Below are positions 28,902 to 39,371 of a stretch of 64,000 nucleotides of DNA, piece by piece. Under the pieces are notes generated by a model that was not told where the DNA came from, ran no database searches, and was given only the letters and a program-made list of their open reading frames with translations. The translations under genes and the position numbers were made by a program. Numbering within the stretch: the stretch's first letter is position 1; each line of letters opens with the position of its first letter. The DNA is from Candidatus Sericytochromatia bacterium (lineage in GTDB: Bacteria; Cyanobacteriota; Sericytochromatia; S15B-MN24; UBA4093), in assembly GCA_036676985.1 (NCBI GenBank), contig JAKFBU010000077.1, positions 32,001-96,000 on the forward strand. Reading direction: 5' to 3'.

Positions 28902-30842
28902 CTACTCGAGGCCGCCGGTCACGGCCAGGATGGCGGTGATGATGCCCATGAGGCTCTCGCCCGCGATGACGCCGGAGGCCACCGGGACGATGTAGCGCTC
29001 GGCCTTGCTCGCATTGGCCTTGACGAACCACCAGGCGGCGAGCGCGCCGAGGAACATCATCAGCGAGTTGGAGAAGGGCACGACGAGCGCGATGCCCAGG
29101 CCCACGGGCGACGGCATCCAGCGGGCGACACGCGGCGCATAGAACTCGATGAGGCCCAGGAGGATGCCCACCACGCCCATGACGCCCATGGCGATCAGCG
29201 CGCTCGGCGGCAAGGCCGAGAAGCCCTGGCTCAGGAGCTTGGCCACCCCGGCGTAGACCTGTGCCGAAGGGGCGGGGAACTGCTGGGTGCCGATGGCGTC
29301 GACGTTGGGAACCAGCAGGTTGAAGACGGGCACGCAGAAGATCGCGCCCGCCATGATGCCGAGGAACTGGGCGAAGAACTGCTGGCGGGGCTTGGCGCCT
29401 AGCAAGTAGCCGCTCTTGAGGTCCGTGAGCAAGTCCGCCGAGTGCGAGGAGATTCCGGCGGTGGCACCTGCTGTCATGAGGTTTACGGACAAGTTGCCGG
29501 GCGAGATGGCGCCGAAGATGAGCTGGGTGAGCTGGCCCATGGCCGAGATGGGCGTGATGTCGGTCTCGCCGGTCGCCCGTGCGGCGACAATGGCGAGCAG
29601 GAACGAGAGCAGGACCGAGGTGACGCCCATCCAGACCGGGATGTGGAAGTAGGCGTGCTGCAGGAAGACGCAGATGGCGCCGAGCACGACGAAGGCGCCC
29701 AGGAACCAGGAGCCCGGGATCTCGAGCTTGGCGAGCGGATCGTCGGCCTTCTGGGCGGCCTGGGGCTTGAAGACGTCGGCCAGGCCCGAGAAGGCACGCA
29801 CCAGGGTCTTCCACTGGAGGAAGAAGATCAAGAGGCCGCTCGTGAGCATGATCGACGCGCCGGGCCACATGGACCACTTGACCAGGTTGCGGTACCCGCC
29901 CTCGGCAGGGACGATGCCCTGGGAGATGAGCCAGGGCGCGAGGAAGCAGAAGTAGGCGATCGCCCCCACCATCATGGAGAGCGCGATCCGGATGCCCATG
30001 ATGGCGCCGGCACCGAGCATCAGGAGGCTGGACTCCCCCTGGATGGTCAATGAGCTGAGCGGCGTACCCATGATCTTGCCCGGCAGATCGAGGGTCGGCG
30101 GGATGTTGAAGCCCTTCATCCAGCCCACGGTGCCGTCCCGCAGCCATGCGACCATGGCACCCAGGAGGCCCGTGATGCCCAGTGCCTTGGCCTGGGCGAT
30201 GGACTCCGCACCCGAGGCATGCATGCTCTTGAGGGTCGTGGCGGTGGCAACACCCGTCGGGAAGCGGAGCTGCTCGATGTTGATCATGTTCCGCTTCATG
30301 GGGATGGCGACGATGACGCCCAGCATGCTGAGGGAGGCCATCCAGGTCCCGAGCTGCACGGGGGAGAGCTTCTGGCCGGTGGTCATCATGAGGGCCGGGA
30401 TCGAGGAGATGAGCCCGGCGGTCGCGATGTAGCCCGCGGCCGACGCCGCCGAGCCCATGGCGTTGTTCTCCAGGACGCTGAACTCCTCGCGCATGCCTCT
30501 CAGGAAGCGCTTGGGCAGGAAGAGGTCGAAGACCTTGGCCTGCGAGACGTACTGCAGGACCTTGAAGAGCGAGAAGGCGAGGATGGTCGCCGTGATCGTG
30601 ACGCCCATGCCCCAGCCGGTCTTGAGGCCGACATAGAGGTTCGAGAGCGACATGATGCCCCCGATGACCATCCCGATGATCGCCGAGCGGACGGTGAGCT
30701 GGCGGGCGTGGTCCCCCTGGTAGACGTGGTCGTACCAGAAGCGCTCGACGGCGTCGGGGTCCTTGCTGTCCACGGGCAGCTTCTGGTTGAAGTTGAACTC
30801 GAAGTCGGTCTTCGACGTACTGGGCTCCTCGCTGATGGCCAT
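28902..30842 (-). CDS. OPT family oligopeptide transporter
   Basis: QLTVRS, NLYVGLKTGW, ENN, LRFPTG, DLKSGYLLGAKPR, SGVIAGESLMG. Confidence 0.92.
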   Translation of the reverse strand: MAISEEPSTSKTDFEFNFNQKLPVDSKDPDAVERFWYDHVYQGDHARQLTVRSAIIGMVIGGIMSLSNLYVGLKTGWGMGVTITATILAFSLFKVLQYVSQAKVFDLFLPKRFLRGMREEFSVLENNAMGSAASAAGYIATAGLISSIPALMMTTGQKLSPVQLGTWMASLSMLGVIVAIPMKRNMINIEQLRFPTGVATATTLKSMHASGAESIAQAKALGITGLLGAMVAWLRDGTVGWMKGFNIPPTLDLPGKIMGTPLSSLTIQGESSLLMLGAGAIMGIRIALSMMVGAIAYFCFLAPWLISQGIVPAEGGYRNLVKWSMWPGASIMLTSGLLIFFLQWKTLVRAFSGLADVFKPQAAQKADDPLAKLEIPGSWFLGAFVVLGAICVFLQHAYFHIPVWMGVTSVLLSFLLAIVAARATGETDITPISAMGQLTQLIFGAISPGNLSVNLMTAGATAGISSHSADLLTDLKSGYLLGAKPRQQFFAQFLGIMAGAIFCVPVFNLLVPNVDAIGTQQFPAPSAQVYAGVAKLLSQGFSALPPSALIAMGVMGVVGILLGLIEFYAPRVARWMPSPVGLGIALVVPFSNSLMMFLGALAAWWFVKANASKAERYIVPVASGVIAGESLMGIITAILAVTGGLE

Positions 30843-30959
30843 GGTCTACTCCTTGCTGACGGGATGCTTGGCCCATGGTAGCAGCCTTTCGGGCGATAAG
30901 ACAGCTAGTGGCGCGCCTTTGGGCCGATGGCTCGGCTAAAAAGTTCCAACCAATACGAA

Positions 30960-30990
30960 GAGGCCGGGGAACGTCTCGTTCCCCGGCCTC
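30960..30990 (-). terminator. Terminator after transketolase
   Basis: GAGGCCGGGGAACG-TCT-CGTTCCCCGGCCTC hairpin. Confidence 0.65.
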
Positions 30991-31002
30991 CCGAACTGCA
31001 GC

Positions 31003-33042
31003 CTAGTGCGCGGCGAGCTGGCGCTCCGCCTGCTTCTTTGCCATCAGGCGCCGGGCCTTCTCGACGACGTGCTCGGCCGTGAGGTGCAGCTGGATCATCA
31101 GCTCCCACGGGCCGCCGGACTCGCCGAAGCGATCGTCCACGCCCACCATGTCGAAGACCAGCGGCATCTGGTAATCCCGCTCCTCGTTGACGACCGTGGC
31201 GACGAGGCCGCCGAAGCCGCCGCGCTGGTGCTCCTCGCAGGTGAGCAGCACGCCGGTCTCCTTGGCCGCGGCCAAGATCGCCCGGCGGTCGATGGGCTTG
31301 AGCGTGTGGAAGCTCACGACGCGCGTCTCGAGGCCGAACTCCTCCTTGAGGATGTAGGCGGCGCGCATGGCCTCGGGCACCATGGGGCCGCAGGCCAAGA
31401 TCGAGAGGTCCTCGTTCTCCGAGCGGTAGCTCTCGGCGAGCACCGTCTCGAAGGCGTCCACGAACTTGGCCGCCCGGCCGCGGTAGCGGATGACGTTGGC
31501 CTTGCCGAGCACCATCGGGGACTCGGCGCTGGTGACGACGGGCGTGGCCTCGCGGGCAAAGCGGATGTAGGCCGGGCCGTGCAGCCGCATGATGGCCTCG
31601 TCGCAGAGCCGCTCGGTCTCCGGGCCGTCGCAGGGCACGAAGAGGTTCATGTTGGGCAGGATGGCCATCAGGCTGATCTCTTCGAGGGCCTGGTGCGTGG
31701 CGCCGTCGGCGCCCACCGAGATGCCGCCGTGCGCGCCCGCGATCTTCACGTTCAGGTTGTCGTAGCAGATGGTGGTGCGCAGCTGATCCCAGGGCCGACC
31801 CGAGGCGAACACGCCGTAGGTGCCGGTGACGGGGATCTTGCCCTCGAGGGCAAGGCCCGCGGCCATCTGCATCATGTTCTGCTCGGCGATGCCCGCGTTG
31901 AACACGCGCGGCAGGCGCTCGGGATGCCCGTCCTCGAAGTCCGAGATCTTGATGGAGCCCGAGATGTCGGCATGGATGGTGACGAGGCGCGGGTCATCGC
32001 CGTTCTTCTTGAGCGATCGCCCGAACCCGAAGCGCGTGGGCTCCATGGTCACCTGCATGTCCGCTTCCTGGTTCCACCAGTAGTTCTTGCCGAGGCCGGG
32101 CAGCTGCTCGGCCACGCGGACGTCCTGCTTGGCCTGGTAGTCCTCGACGTGCGCGAGCAGGCGCTTGGCGGTCTCGAGGGTGAAGGCCTCCGAGCCGATG
32201 TCCCCGATGGCCTGGGCGAACTCCTCGTCGTTGCGAGGAGCCACGCCGTGCCAGGCGGCCTTGTCCTCCATGTAGGAGACGCCCTTGCCCTTGACCGTTG
32301 CGGCCAGGATGACCGTGGGCTGGCCCTTGGCGGCACGCGCCGAGGCGAAGGCTTCCAGGATCTGCCCCATGTCGTGGCCGTCGATGGCGACGACGTTCCA
32401 GCCGAAGGCGCGGTACTTGTCGGCCAGGGGCTCGACCTTCATCACGTCCTCGACCCAGCCGTCGATCTGCAGGCGGTTGACGTCGATGACGGCGCACAGG
32501 TTGTCGAGGCCGTAGTTGCCGGCCGCCATGACGGCCTCCCAGACGCTGCCTTCCTGCTGCTCGCCGTCGCCCATGAGGCAGTAGACCCGGAAGTCCTTGT
32601 TATCCAGGCGAGCCGAGAGCGCGCTGCCCACGGCGATGCCGAGCCCCTGGCCGAGCGATCCGGACGAGACCTCGACGCCCGGCAGGTGAGGCGCGTGGGG
32701 GTGGCCCTGGAAGCGGCTGTTGATCCGGCGCAGGGTGACGACGTCCTCGTAGGGGAAGTAGCCGGCCTTGGCCATGGCCGCGTACATGGCGGGCGCCTTG
32801 TGGCCGGCCGAGAAGATGATGCGATCGCGCCCGTCCCAGCGGGGCTCCTTCGGATCCAGGCGCGCCTCGTTCAGGTAGAGGGCGGCGGCGATGTCCAGGA
32901 TCGACAGGGTGCCTCCGGGGTGCCCGGAGCGCGCCGCGTAGATGGCCGTCAGGTTGAGGGCCCGCAGCTCGCGCGCCGCCGCCTCGAGGCCCGCGACGTC
33001 GTAGCGTTGTTCGGTGCCGGTTTTCGAATCGACCAAACCCAT
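31003..33042 (-). CDS. Transketolase (N- and C-terminal subunits fused)
   Basis: SGHPGG, SAGH, GSLGQG, GDGEQQEG, GIAEQNM, GADGATHQ. Confidence 0.9.
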   Translation of the reverse strand: MGLVDSKTGTEQRYDVAGLEAAARELRALNLTAIYAARSGHPGGTLSILDIAAALYLNEARLDPKEPRWDGRDRIIFSAGHKAPAMYAAMAKAGYFPYEDVVTLRRINSRFQGHPHAPHLPGVEVSSGSLGQGLGIAVGSALSARLDNKDFRVYCLMGDGEQQEGSVWEAVMAAGNYGLDNLCAVIDVNRLQIDGWVEDVMKVEPLADKYRAFGWNVVAIDGHDMGQILEAFASARAAKGQPTVILAATVKGKGVSYMEDKAAWHGVAPRNDEEFAQAIGDIGSEAFTLETAKRLLAHVEDYQAKQDVRVAEQLPGLGKNYWWNQEADMQVTMEPTRFGFGRSLKKNGDDPRLVTIHADISGSIKISDFEDGHPERLPRVFNAGIAEQNMMQMAAGLALEGKIPVTGTYGVFASGRPWDQLRTTICYDNLNVKIAGAHGGISVGADGATHQALEEISLMAILPNMNLFVPCDGPETERLCDEAIMRLHGPAYIRFAREATPVVTSAESPMVLGKANVIRYRGRAAKFVDAFETVLAESYRSENEDLSILACGPMVPEAMRAAYILKEEFGLETRVVSFHTLKPIDRRAILAAAKETGVLLTCEEHQRGGFGGLVATVVNEERDYQMPLVFDMVGVDDRFGESGGPWELMIQLHLTAEHVVEKARRLMAKKQAERQLAAH

Positions 33043-33104
33043 GGTTGTCCTCTCATATCCAGATGGCGCCGAGAAGGTCTCGGCGCCCTAGTCGTCACGG
33101 GGAG

Positions 33105-34325
33105 TTAGGCTTCGAGCCACTGCTTGAGGCGGGCGAGGCCCTCGGCCATCTCCTGGATGCCGATGCCCGAGTAGGCGAGGCGCACGTACCGGCGCGTCTC
33201 ACCGGCCACCTCGCGCCCGAAGTGCATGCGGGTGCACAGGGAGACGCCGGTCGCCTCCAGGATCTGGACCCGGAAGTCGTCGTAGCTCTCGATGCCCTTG
33301 AGGCGCATGGCCTCGGTCACGTCGGGGAAGAGGTAGAAGGTGGCCTCGGGCTTGAAGCAGCTCACTCCCGGCATGGTGTTGAGCATCTCGACGGCCAGGT
33401 CGCGCCGCTCCTTGAATCGCGCGATGAGCATCTGAGCACCCGTCTGATCGCCGCGCAGGGCCTCGATGGCGCCATGCTGGATGAACTGGGTGGTGCAGGA
33501 CTCCGCGTTCACGTTGAGCTTGGCGATGACGTCGATGACGTCCTTGGGACCGATGGCGGCCCCCAGGCGCCAGCCCGACATGGCGTACTTCTTGGAAAAG
33601 GTGTAAAGGATGACCGAGCGCTCGACCATGCCGGGGAACGAGACGAGCGACTCCGACTTGCCGGCGTAGCGGATGTCGAAGTAGGCCTCGTCGCAGAGCA
33701 CCCAGAGGTCGTGCTTGAGGACGATCTCCGCGAGCTTCTCGAGCTCCGCGTGGGAGGACTCGGCGCCGGTGGGGTTCTGGAGGTTGTTGAACACCAGGAA
33801 CCGGGTCCGCGGGGTGATGGAGGCCTCGAGCTGCTCCAGGTCGATCTCGAAGTTGCTCGCCCCCGGGCGATAGCCGTAGGGCACGGCGACGCCCCCGTGG
33901 TACTCGATCTGCGACTCGTAGATGGGGTAGCCGGGGTTGGGGTAGAGGACCTCGTCGCCGGGGTTGAGCAGGGTGGCGAAGAACTTGCCGATGACGGGCT
34001 TGCCGCCCGGCTGAACGGCGACGTTCTCGGGGCCGTAGCTCGTGCCGCGCGAGCGGTTGATGTCGTCGGCGAGCGCCTCGCGCAGGCCCATGATGCCGGC
34101 GGGCGGGCAGTAGCCGGTCTTGCCGTCCTTCATGGCCTTGAGGGTGGCCTCGATGATGTTGTGCGGGGTGGCGATATTCAGATCGCCGAGGTGGAAGGGA
34201 TAGACGACGTTGCCCTTGGCCGCGTGGGCGGCTGCCTCGGCGGAGACGGCGAAGGCGGTCTCGGTGCCCAGTCGGCCGATACGCTCGGCGAAGGCGTGAC
34301 GGACGGGAGTCTCTATGGTTGGCAT
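33105..34325 (-). CDS. PLP-dependent aminotransferase class I/II
   Basis: NPGYPIY, NPTG, DEAY, FSKKYAMSGWRLG. Confidence 0.92.
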   Translation of the reverse strand: MPTIETPVRHAFAERIGRLGTETAFAVSAEAAAHAAKGNVVYPFHLGDLNIATPHNIIEATLKAMKDGKTGYCPPAGIMGLREALADDINRSRGTSYGPENVAVQPGGKPVIGKFFATLLNPGDEVLYPNPGYPIYESQIEYHGGVAVPYGYRPGASNFEIDLEQLEASITPRTRFLVFNNLQNPTGAESSHAELEKLAEIVLKHDLWVLCDEAYFDIRYAGKSESLVSFPGMVERSVILYTFSKKYAMSGWRLGAAIGPKDVIDVIAKLNVNAESCTTQFIQHGAIEALRGDQTGAQMLIARFKERRDLAVEMLNTMPGVSCFKPEATFYLFPDVTEAMRLKGIESYDDFRVQILEATGVSLCTRMHFGREVAGETRRYVRLAYSGIGIQEMAEGLARLKQWLEA

Positions 34326-34663
34326 CTTTGCCCCTCTCTGGTCGAATGGCGTCTTTGCCGTTCAGATGCAGGATCGCTGCACCCTCGAGCACGCCAATGA
34401 ACTAGTGCTCAAGTAACCGTTTTTCATCATAAGCAGGAGGGTTATGCCGCACCAGATCTGTCAAAACAGTGAATTAACGGGCGTAAAATGCGGTTATTGT
34501 TCGATTGGTGCCATAAGATTAGAAAAATATGCCGGGTTAGAAAGATCTAATCTTCAGGAGGCGCAGCAGGGGCCGGGACCCTTTTCCGCGGCGGACGGTT
34601 AGAATGGGGGTGATGTTCGGGAAGAATAATGATCGAGCCATGTCATTGATCGGAGGTCATACG

Positions 34664-35134
34664 ATGAAGCGACGACTGCGGCTGCTGATGATCGTGCCGT
34701 TGCTCCTGGCCTCATGCACCACCCTCGACGGCTACCTGCCCTGGGTGAAGAAGAGCGTGAGCGGCAGCAAGTCCGTGCTGGCGGCCGTGGATGCGTCCAT
34801 CACCAAGGCCGTGCCCACCGATCCCGAGTACCAGGAGGATCCCTGGTCCTTCATCCTGCTGGTCCGCAACAAAACCCCCCAGCCGCTGACGGTCGACTAC
34901 AAGATCGTGTTCTTGGACCGCAAAGGAGAGCCCTCGGATGTCCAGTACGGCACCGTGGACTTTCCGCCCGAGTGGAAGGAAATCCGGAAGGGCGTCGTGC
35001 CGTTCGCCGAGTCGAGCCAGGCCAAGGTCAGCCTATACTTGCCGGGTGAGCCGGTCGCCTCCACCCCGCCGTACGCTGCGACCTATTCGGCGACGCCGGC
35101 GCCCGTTGCGACCCAGGACCCCGGCGGGCCATAG
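34664..35134 (+). CDS. Hypothetical lipoprotein
   Basis: GGAGG RBS, lipobox LASC, small beta-rich domain. Confidence 0.7.
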   Translation: MKRRLRLLMIVPLLLASCTTLDGYLPWVKKSVSGSKSVLAAVDASITKAVPTDPEYQEDPWSFILLVRNKTPQPLTVDYKIVFLDRKGEPSDVQYGTVDFPPEWKEIRKGVVPFAESSQAKVSLYLPGEPVASTPPYAATYSATPAPVATQDPGGP

Positions 35135-35180
35135 CGCCCTGATCAGCCCCCGGTCTTCCCGATGTGCGATCAGGGGCTGA

Positions 35181-35780
35181 TCAGCGAGCGGGCTGCTTCT
35201 GGATGGGCAGGGGCCTGATTTCGTGGGCGGAGATCGCCTGGGTCTCGGCCAGGTGCTCGTTCATGAGCATGATGGAGTCCGCCAGCACCTGTTGCAGCCC
35301 GATCATCTGGTCGAGCTTCGCGAAGACCCCCCGGGCCGGAGGTCCGGACACCGCGTCGCGCCGGTGGTCCACCTCGCGCAACACGCCGAGCGTCTCCCGG
35401 CTGCGGGCCACCAGGCGCTCGTCGAGCACCTTTTGGCGCGCGGCCAGCTGATCGGAGGTCTTCTTGGCGGCGGTCTGCGCCTCCTCCAGGTCCGTGGCCA
35501 TCCGGACCATGTGTTTCCGGACCACCCCCATGTCCGCGCGCAGGACCTTCATCTCGCGCTCCATCGATAGAATCGAGTGGCGCATGGCCTTCAGGTCCTG
35601 CAGCAGCGGCGTCGCATGGCGCTCAATCCCCGCATCGGCCTTGGCGGCCGCTTGGAGGGCGTAGAAGCCTGCAAAGGCCAACCCGCCAACCAGGAGCAGG
35701 AGCAGGAGCGCAATGGCGCTCAGCAATCGGACGATCGCCGTCTGGGGGTCTGGCGTCATGCATGGGTCCTCCGATGCCAT
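35181..35780 (-). CDS. Hypothetical membrane-anchored coiled-coil protein
   Basis: One TM followed by a long helical region. Confidence 0.65.
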   Translation of the reverse strand: MASEDPCMTPDPQTAIVRLLSAIALLLLLLVGGLAFAGFYALQAAAKADAGIERHATPLLQDLKAMRHSILSMEREMKVLRADMGVVRKHMVRMATDLEEAQTAAKKTSDQLAARQKVLDERLVARSRETLGVLREVDHRRDAVSGPPARGVFAKLDQMIGLQQVLADSIMLMNEHLAETQAISAHEIRPLPIQKQPAR

Positions 35781-35854
35781 GGTAACGCCAACACGTCTGC
35801 CTGCTTAGCCAGGCGCTACGAGCTTTGCCGTGCAAGGCGCACAAGCCGCGTGGC

Positions 35855-37918
35855 CTACCCCGCCTGCTGCCCCTTGGGGTCGTCCACGATGCCCCGGCAC
35901 GAGTTGACGCCGTCCTTGCGCCAGCGCACGCAGCCGTAGCCCTTGCCCGACGGGAAGCGGCTCGTGGGAGCGCCGCACAGCGGGCACTTGGGGTTCTGCA
36001 TGGCCTCGACGCCCATGATGAAGCCGCAGGCCTCGCGTCCGCGGGAGCAGCAGTAGTACTCGCGATCGTTCTTGGGGCTGCGGATCCGCTTCATGAGGGC
36101 CCCGCAGCGGAAGCAGGTCGGGTTGTCGAACATGGCCTTCACGTCCGGCACCTCGGCGCTCTTGGCCTGCTTGCGGCCGCGAGCGCCACGGGCGCCTGAT
36201 CGGCCTGCCGCCGGCGGAGCAGCGAACGGGCGACGCACGACGCCTTGCTGGGCGGCCTCCAGGAGCGGGTGGAAGCTCGTCCAGAAGGACGCGAGGAAAC
36301 GGCGCCACTCCTCGTCCGAGCTCGCGATCCGGTCGAGGTCGCGCTCCAGCTGGGAGGTGAAGCCCTCGTGGATGACGGCGGCGAAGTGGTTGCGCAGCTC
36401 GGTGTCCAGCTTTTCACCCCGCTCGGTGGGCGCGAGGTGCTTCTTGTCGATCTTGGAGACGAACTCCTTGCGCAGGATGAGCGAGACCATGGACGCGAAC
36501 GTGCTCGGGCGCCCGATCCCCTTCTCTTCCAGGTACTTGATGAGCGTCGCCTCGGTGAAGCGATCGGGCGGCTTGCTCCAGTGCTGCTTGGGCTCCACCT
36601 TCAAGAGCCGGAGCGCCTGCCCCTGCTCGAGGGCCGGCAGCATGGTCTCCTTGGAGTCCCGGTCGTCGAGGATGGCGAGGTAGCCCGGCTGCTTGAGGAC
36701 GCGCCCGCTGGCCTTGAGGGCATGCTCGCCCGCGTGGATCCAGACGTCGGTCGCGTCGAAGACGGCCGGTCGGCACTGGCTCGCTAGGTAGGCCTTGGTG
36801 ATGAGGTCGTAGAGCTGGCGGGCACGAGGCTCGATGCCCTCGCCAGGCTGCTCGCCGAGCCGCGTGGGGCGGATGCACTCGTGCGCCCCCTGGGCGCTCG
36901 CGGACTTGGCCTTGTGGATGTTGGGCTTGGCGGGCACCACCTCGGCGCCGTAGCGATCGCGCAGGAAGCCCAGCGTCTCCTTCTGGAACTCGGGGCTGAC
37001 CGAGGGGTCGTCCGTGCGGATGTAGGTGACCAGGCCCGCCTCGAAGAGGGCCTTGGCATGCCGCGTGGTCTCGTCGGTGCCCATCTTGAGGCGGCTCGAG
37101 GCCTGCTGGAGCATGGTGCTCGTGATGAGGGGCGCGGGCGCCTGGCGCTTGGTCTCCTTGCGCTCGATGCGGGCGACGGCGTGGGGCAGGCCGCGCAGGA
37201 CCTGGGCGATCGCCTCGGCCTCCTCGCGCTTGGGGAGGGGCTGCTTCTTCGGGGCCTTGCCGCCCGAGAGCTTGCCCACGTACTCGGCCTCGAAGGAGGT
37301 CTTGTCCGGCCCGGTGTAGTGCGCATGCACGGACCAGGACTCGGTGGGCTTGAACTCGCGGATGGCCCGCTCGCGGTCCACGACGACCTTGAGGGCGACG
37401 GACTGCACGCGCCCGGCCGAGAGCTGCTGCTCGTCGGGCAGGCGGTTGCGGACGATGGGGCTGACCTTGTAGCCCACGAGGCGATCGAGGATCCGCCGCG
37501 CCTGCTGGGCGTAGACCAGGTCGAGGTTGAGCGGGCGCACCTGGGCGAAGGCGCGCTGGAGGCCCTCCTTGGTGATCTCGTGGAACTCCAAGCGCTGGAC
37601 CTGCTTGGGCGCAAGGCCGATGGTCTCGGCGATGTGCCATCCGATGGCCTCGCCCTCGCGGTCGGCGTCCGAGGCCACGAAGATGGTATCTGGCTTGTAG
37701 CGGGTCTTGAGGGCCTTGAGCTTGGAGACGACGTCCTTCTTGTCGGGGGCGTAGACGTAGCTCGGCTCGAACTCGCGCTCGACGGCCACGCCCAGCTCGC
37801 GCTCGGGCAGATCGCGGAAGTGGCCCACGGTCGCCAGCACCTCGTAGCCGGAGCCCAGCAACTGCCGGATGGTCTTGGCCTTGTTGGGGGATTCGACGAT
37901 GATGACGCCGCGTGCCAT
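35855..37918 (-). CDS. topA: DNA topoisomerase I (type IA)
   Basis: IVESPNKAKTI, ASDADREGEAIGW, SAGRVQS, catalytic TYIRTD, GIGRPST; two C-terminal Zn ribbons. Confidence 0.93.
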   Translation of the reverse strand: MARGVIIVESPNKAKTIRQLLGSGYEVLATVGHFRDLPERELGVAVEREFEPSYVYAPDKKDVVSKLKALKTRYKPDTIFVASDADREGEAIGWHIAETIGLAPKQVQRLEFHEITKEGLQRAFAQVRPLNLDLVYAQQARRILDRLVGYKVSPIVRNRLPDEQQLSAGRVQSVALKVVVDRERAIREFKPTESWSVHAHYTGPDKTSFEAEYVGKLSGGKAPKKQPLPKREEAEAIAQVLRGLPHAVARIERKETKRQAPAPLITSTMLQQASSRLKMGTDETTRHAKALFEAGLVTYIRTDDPSVSPEFQKETLGFLRDRYGAEVVPAKPNIHKAKSASAQGAHECIRPTRLGEQPGEGIEPRARQLYDLITKAYLASQCRPAVFDATDVWIHAGEHALKASGRVLKQPGYLAILDDRDSKETMLPALEQGQALRLLKVEPKQHWSKPPDRFTEATLIKYLEEKGIGRPSTFASMVSLILRKEFVSKIDKKHLAPTERGEKLDTELRNHFAAVIHEGFTSQLERDLDRIASSDEEWRRFLASFWTSFHPLLEAAQQGVVRRPFAAPPAAGRSGARGARGRKQAKSAEVPDVKAMFDNPTCFRCGALMKRIRSPKNDREYYCCSRGREACGFIMGVEAMQNPKCPLCGAPTSRFPSGKGYGCVRWRKDGVNSCRGIVDDPKGQQAG

Positions 37919-38125
37919 GGCTGCCCTCCTGTGAGTAGAACGGTTGTTCTATTCTACCCGAACCGGAGGAGACTTGGCAGGGGGTGCGGGCGTCAGATCG
38001 GCCGCAGGCGGTCCTTACGAGCATTTAATGGGATGCAAACGACCTCCAAAGGAGCCGCGCGAAAGTCTGCCCCGGGGGCACGGTATAAGGAGGTCAGGCA
38101 CGCGGCAGCGGAGAGGAGAACCGGC

Positions 38126-39169
38126 ATGGCCTTCAACGTGGATGGATCGGCGCCCGTCTCGCGCTCAACCCCGGCACGCGGCACCCACCCCATCTCCGAG
38201 GCCAGACCCGCCCAGCGCGAGGAGTCCGGCGTCACGCTGGACGCCTTCATGGCCTCGGCCCTCTCCGCGCGCCACAAGTCCAACGAGGAGCAGCGCCTCG
38301 AAGAGGTGTTCTGGCGGGCGGTCTTCCAGCGCTACGATGCCAACGGCTCGGGGATGCTGAGCGATCGCGAGCTGCGCAAGCTCGCGGAGGATCATCCGGA
38401 TCTCGCCTATCTCGTCAATGCCAAGGCGTCCAATGTCGACGGCCAGTTCGCTCAGGATCCCTACCTGATGCGCCTGATGCAGGACGTTCAGGTCGGAGAC
38501 CTGGTCTTCGTCAAGGGGACGGGGGTGGTGGCGGCCGCCACCCGTTCGGAATGGACCCACGTGGCCATGTGCGTCGAGAAGGGCCCACCTCCCAAGTTCG
38601 TCGAGGCCGTGGGCATGACGGGCGGGGCGGGCAGCCGCGGGGGCGTGCGCGAGAGCGACTTCTTCCAGTTCGTCAGCGACTCGGACCTGCTCACGACGGG
38701 CAAGGCCGGCAAATTTTCCATCGTCCGGCCCAGCACGGATCCCCGTGAGATCGCTGCGGCGGTGCGCTTCGCGCGCGAGCAGGTCGGCAAGCCCTACGAC
38801 TTCGCCTTCCGGAACAACAACGGCAAGTATTACTGCAGCGAGCTGGTCTACGACGCCTACAACCACAACCCCTACATGCCGACCTGTCCCGAGACGCCGC
38901 TCCTCGGCCTCGAGAAGAGCCGGTCGCGCGATGTCCTCGTCGATGCCGCCAAGGGCCTTGCTCGCGCGCTCTTCGGCAGCGAGGAGAGCGCGGGGCGCCT
39001 GATCGAGCGTTTCATGCTCCGGGACAGCCAGCCCGGCCCACGCCGCGCGACAGGTGGGAGCGAGAGCACGCGTAACCAACGGCACGGCTTCGTGTCGCCC
39101 ACCGACGTCCTCAACGGCAGCCGCACCCGGATCGTGGGTACCTACGAGCCCAGCCCGCAACAGCCTTGA
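38126..39169 (+). CDS. YiiX/YebB-like permuted NlpC/P60 papain-like enzyme with EF-hand
   Basis: GDLVF, WTHVAM, QVGKPYDF..YYCSELV, VSPTD; EF-hand loop DANGSGMLSDRE; ATG 38126 after GAGGAG. Confidence 0.82.
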   Translation: MAFNVDGSAPVSRSTPARGTHPISEARPAQREESGVTLDAFMASALSARHKSNEEQRLEEVFWRAVFQRYDANGSGMLSDRELRKLAEDHPDLAYLVNAKASNVDGQFAQDPYLMRLMQDVQVGDLVFVKGTGVVAAATRSEWTHVAMCVEKGPPPKFVEAVGMTGGAGSRGGVRESDFFQFVSDSDLLTTGKAGKFSIVRPSTDPREIAAAVRFAREQVGKPYDFAFRNNNGKYYCSELVYDAYNHNPYMPTCPETPLLGLEKSRSRDVLVDAAKGLARALFGSEESAGRLIERFMLRDSQPGPRRATGGSESTRNQRHGFVSPTDVLNGSRTRIVGTYEPSPQQP

Positions 39170-39184
39170 CCGGCGCCTGATATG

Positions 39185-39220
39185 CGAGCCCCCGCCTTCC
39201 TGCTGGAAGGCGGGGGCTCG
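39185..39220 (+). terminator. Terminator hairpin
   Basis: CGAGCCCCCGCCTTCC-TGCT-GGAAGGCGGGGGCTCG. Confidence 0.65.
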
Positions 39221-39371
39221 TCGCATGGCGGCCGACGAGCCCATCGAGCGGCCGCTGCTACTTGGTTTAAGCAGTTTTGGCATAAGGATGTTGCAAAAGT
39301 CGGTCGCTTGCCGTATGATGCCCCTACTTTCGAAAGGTCGCTGCCTCACCCTCACCACAAAGGAGATTTTC

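Noticed and set aside
34515-34555. AGATTAGA...TCTAATCT inverted repeat in an AT-rich intergenic region
   Set aside because: Single occurrence with a long spacer; cannot be assigned to any regulator.
36881-38125. 762-aa ORF 36881-39169 as a single protein
   Set aside because: The first part is antisense to topA; the real gene most likely starts at ATG 38126 with an RBS.
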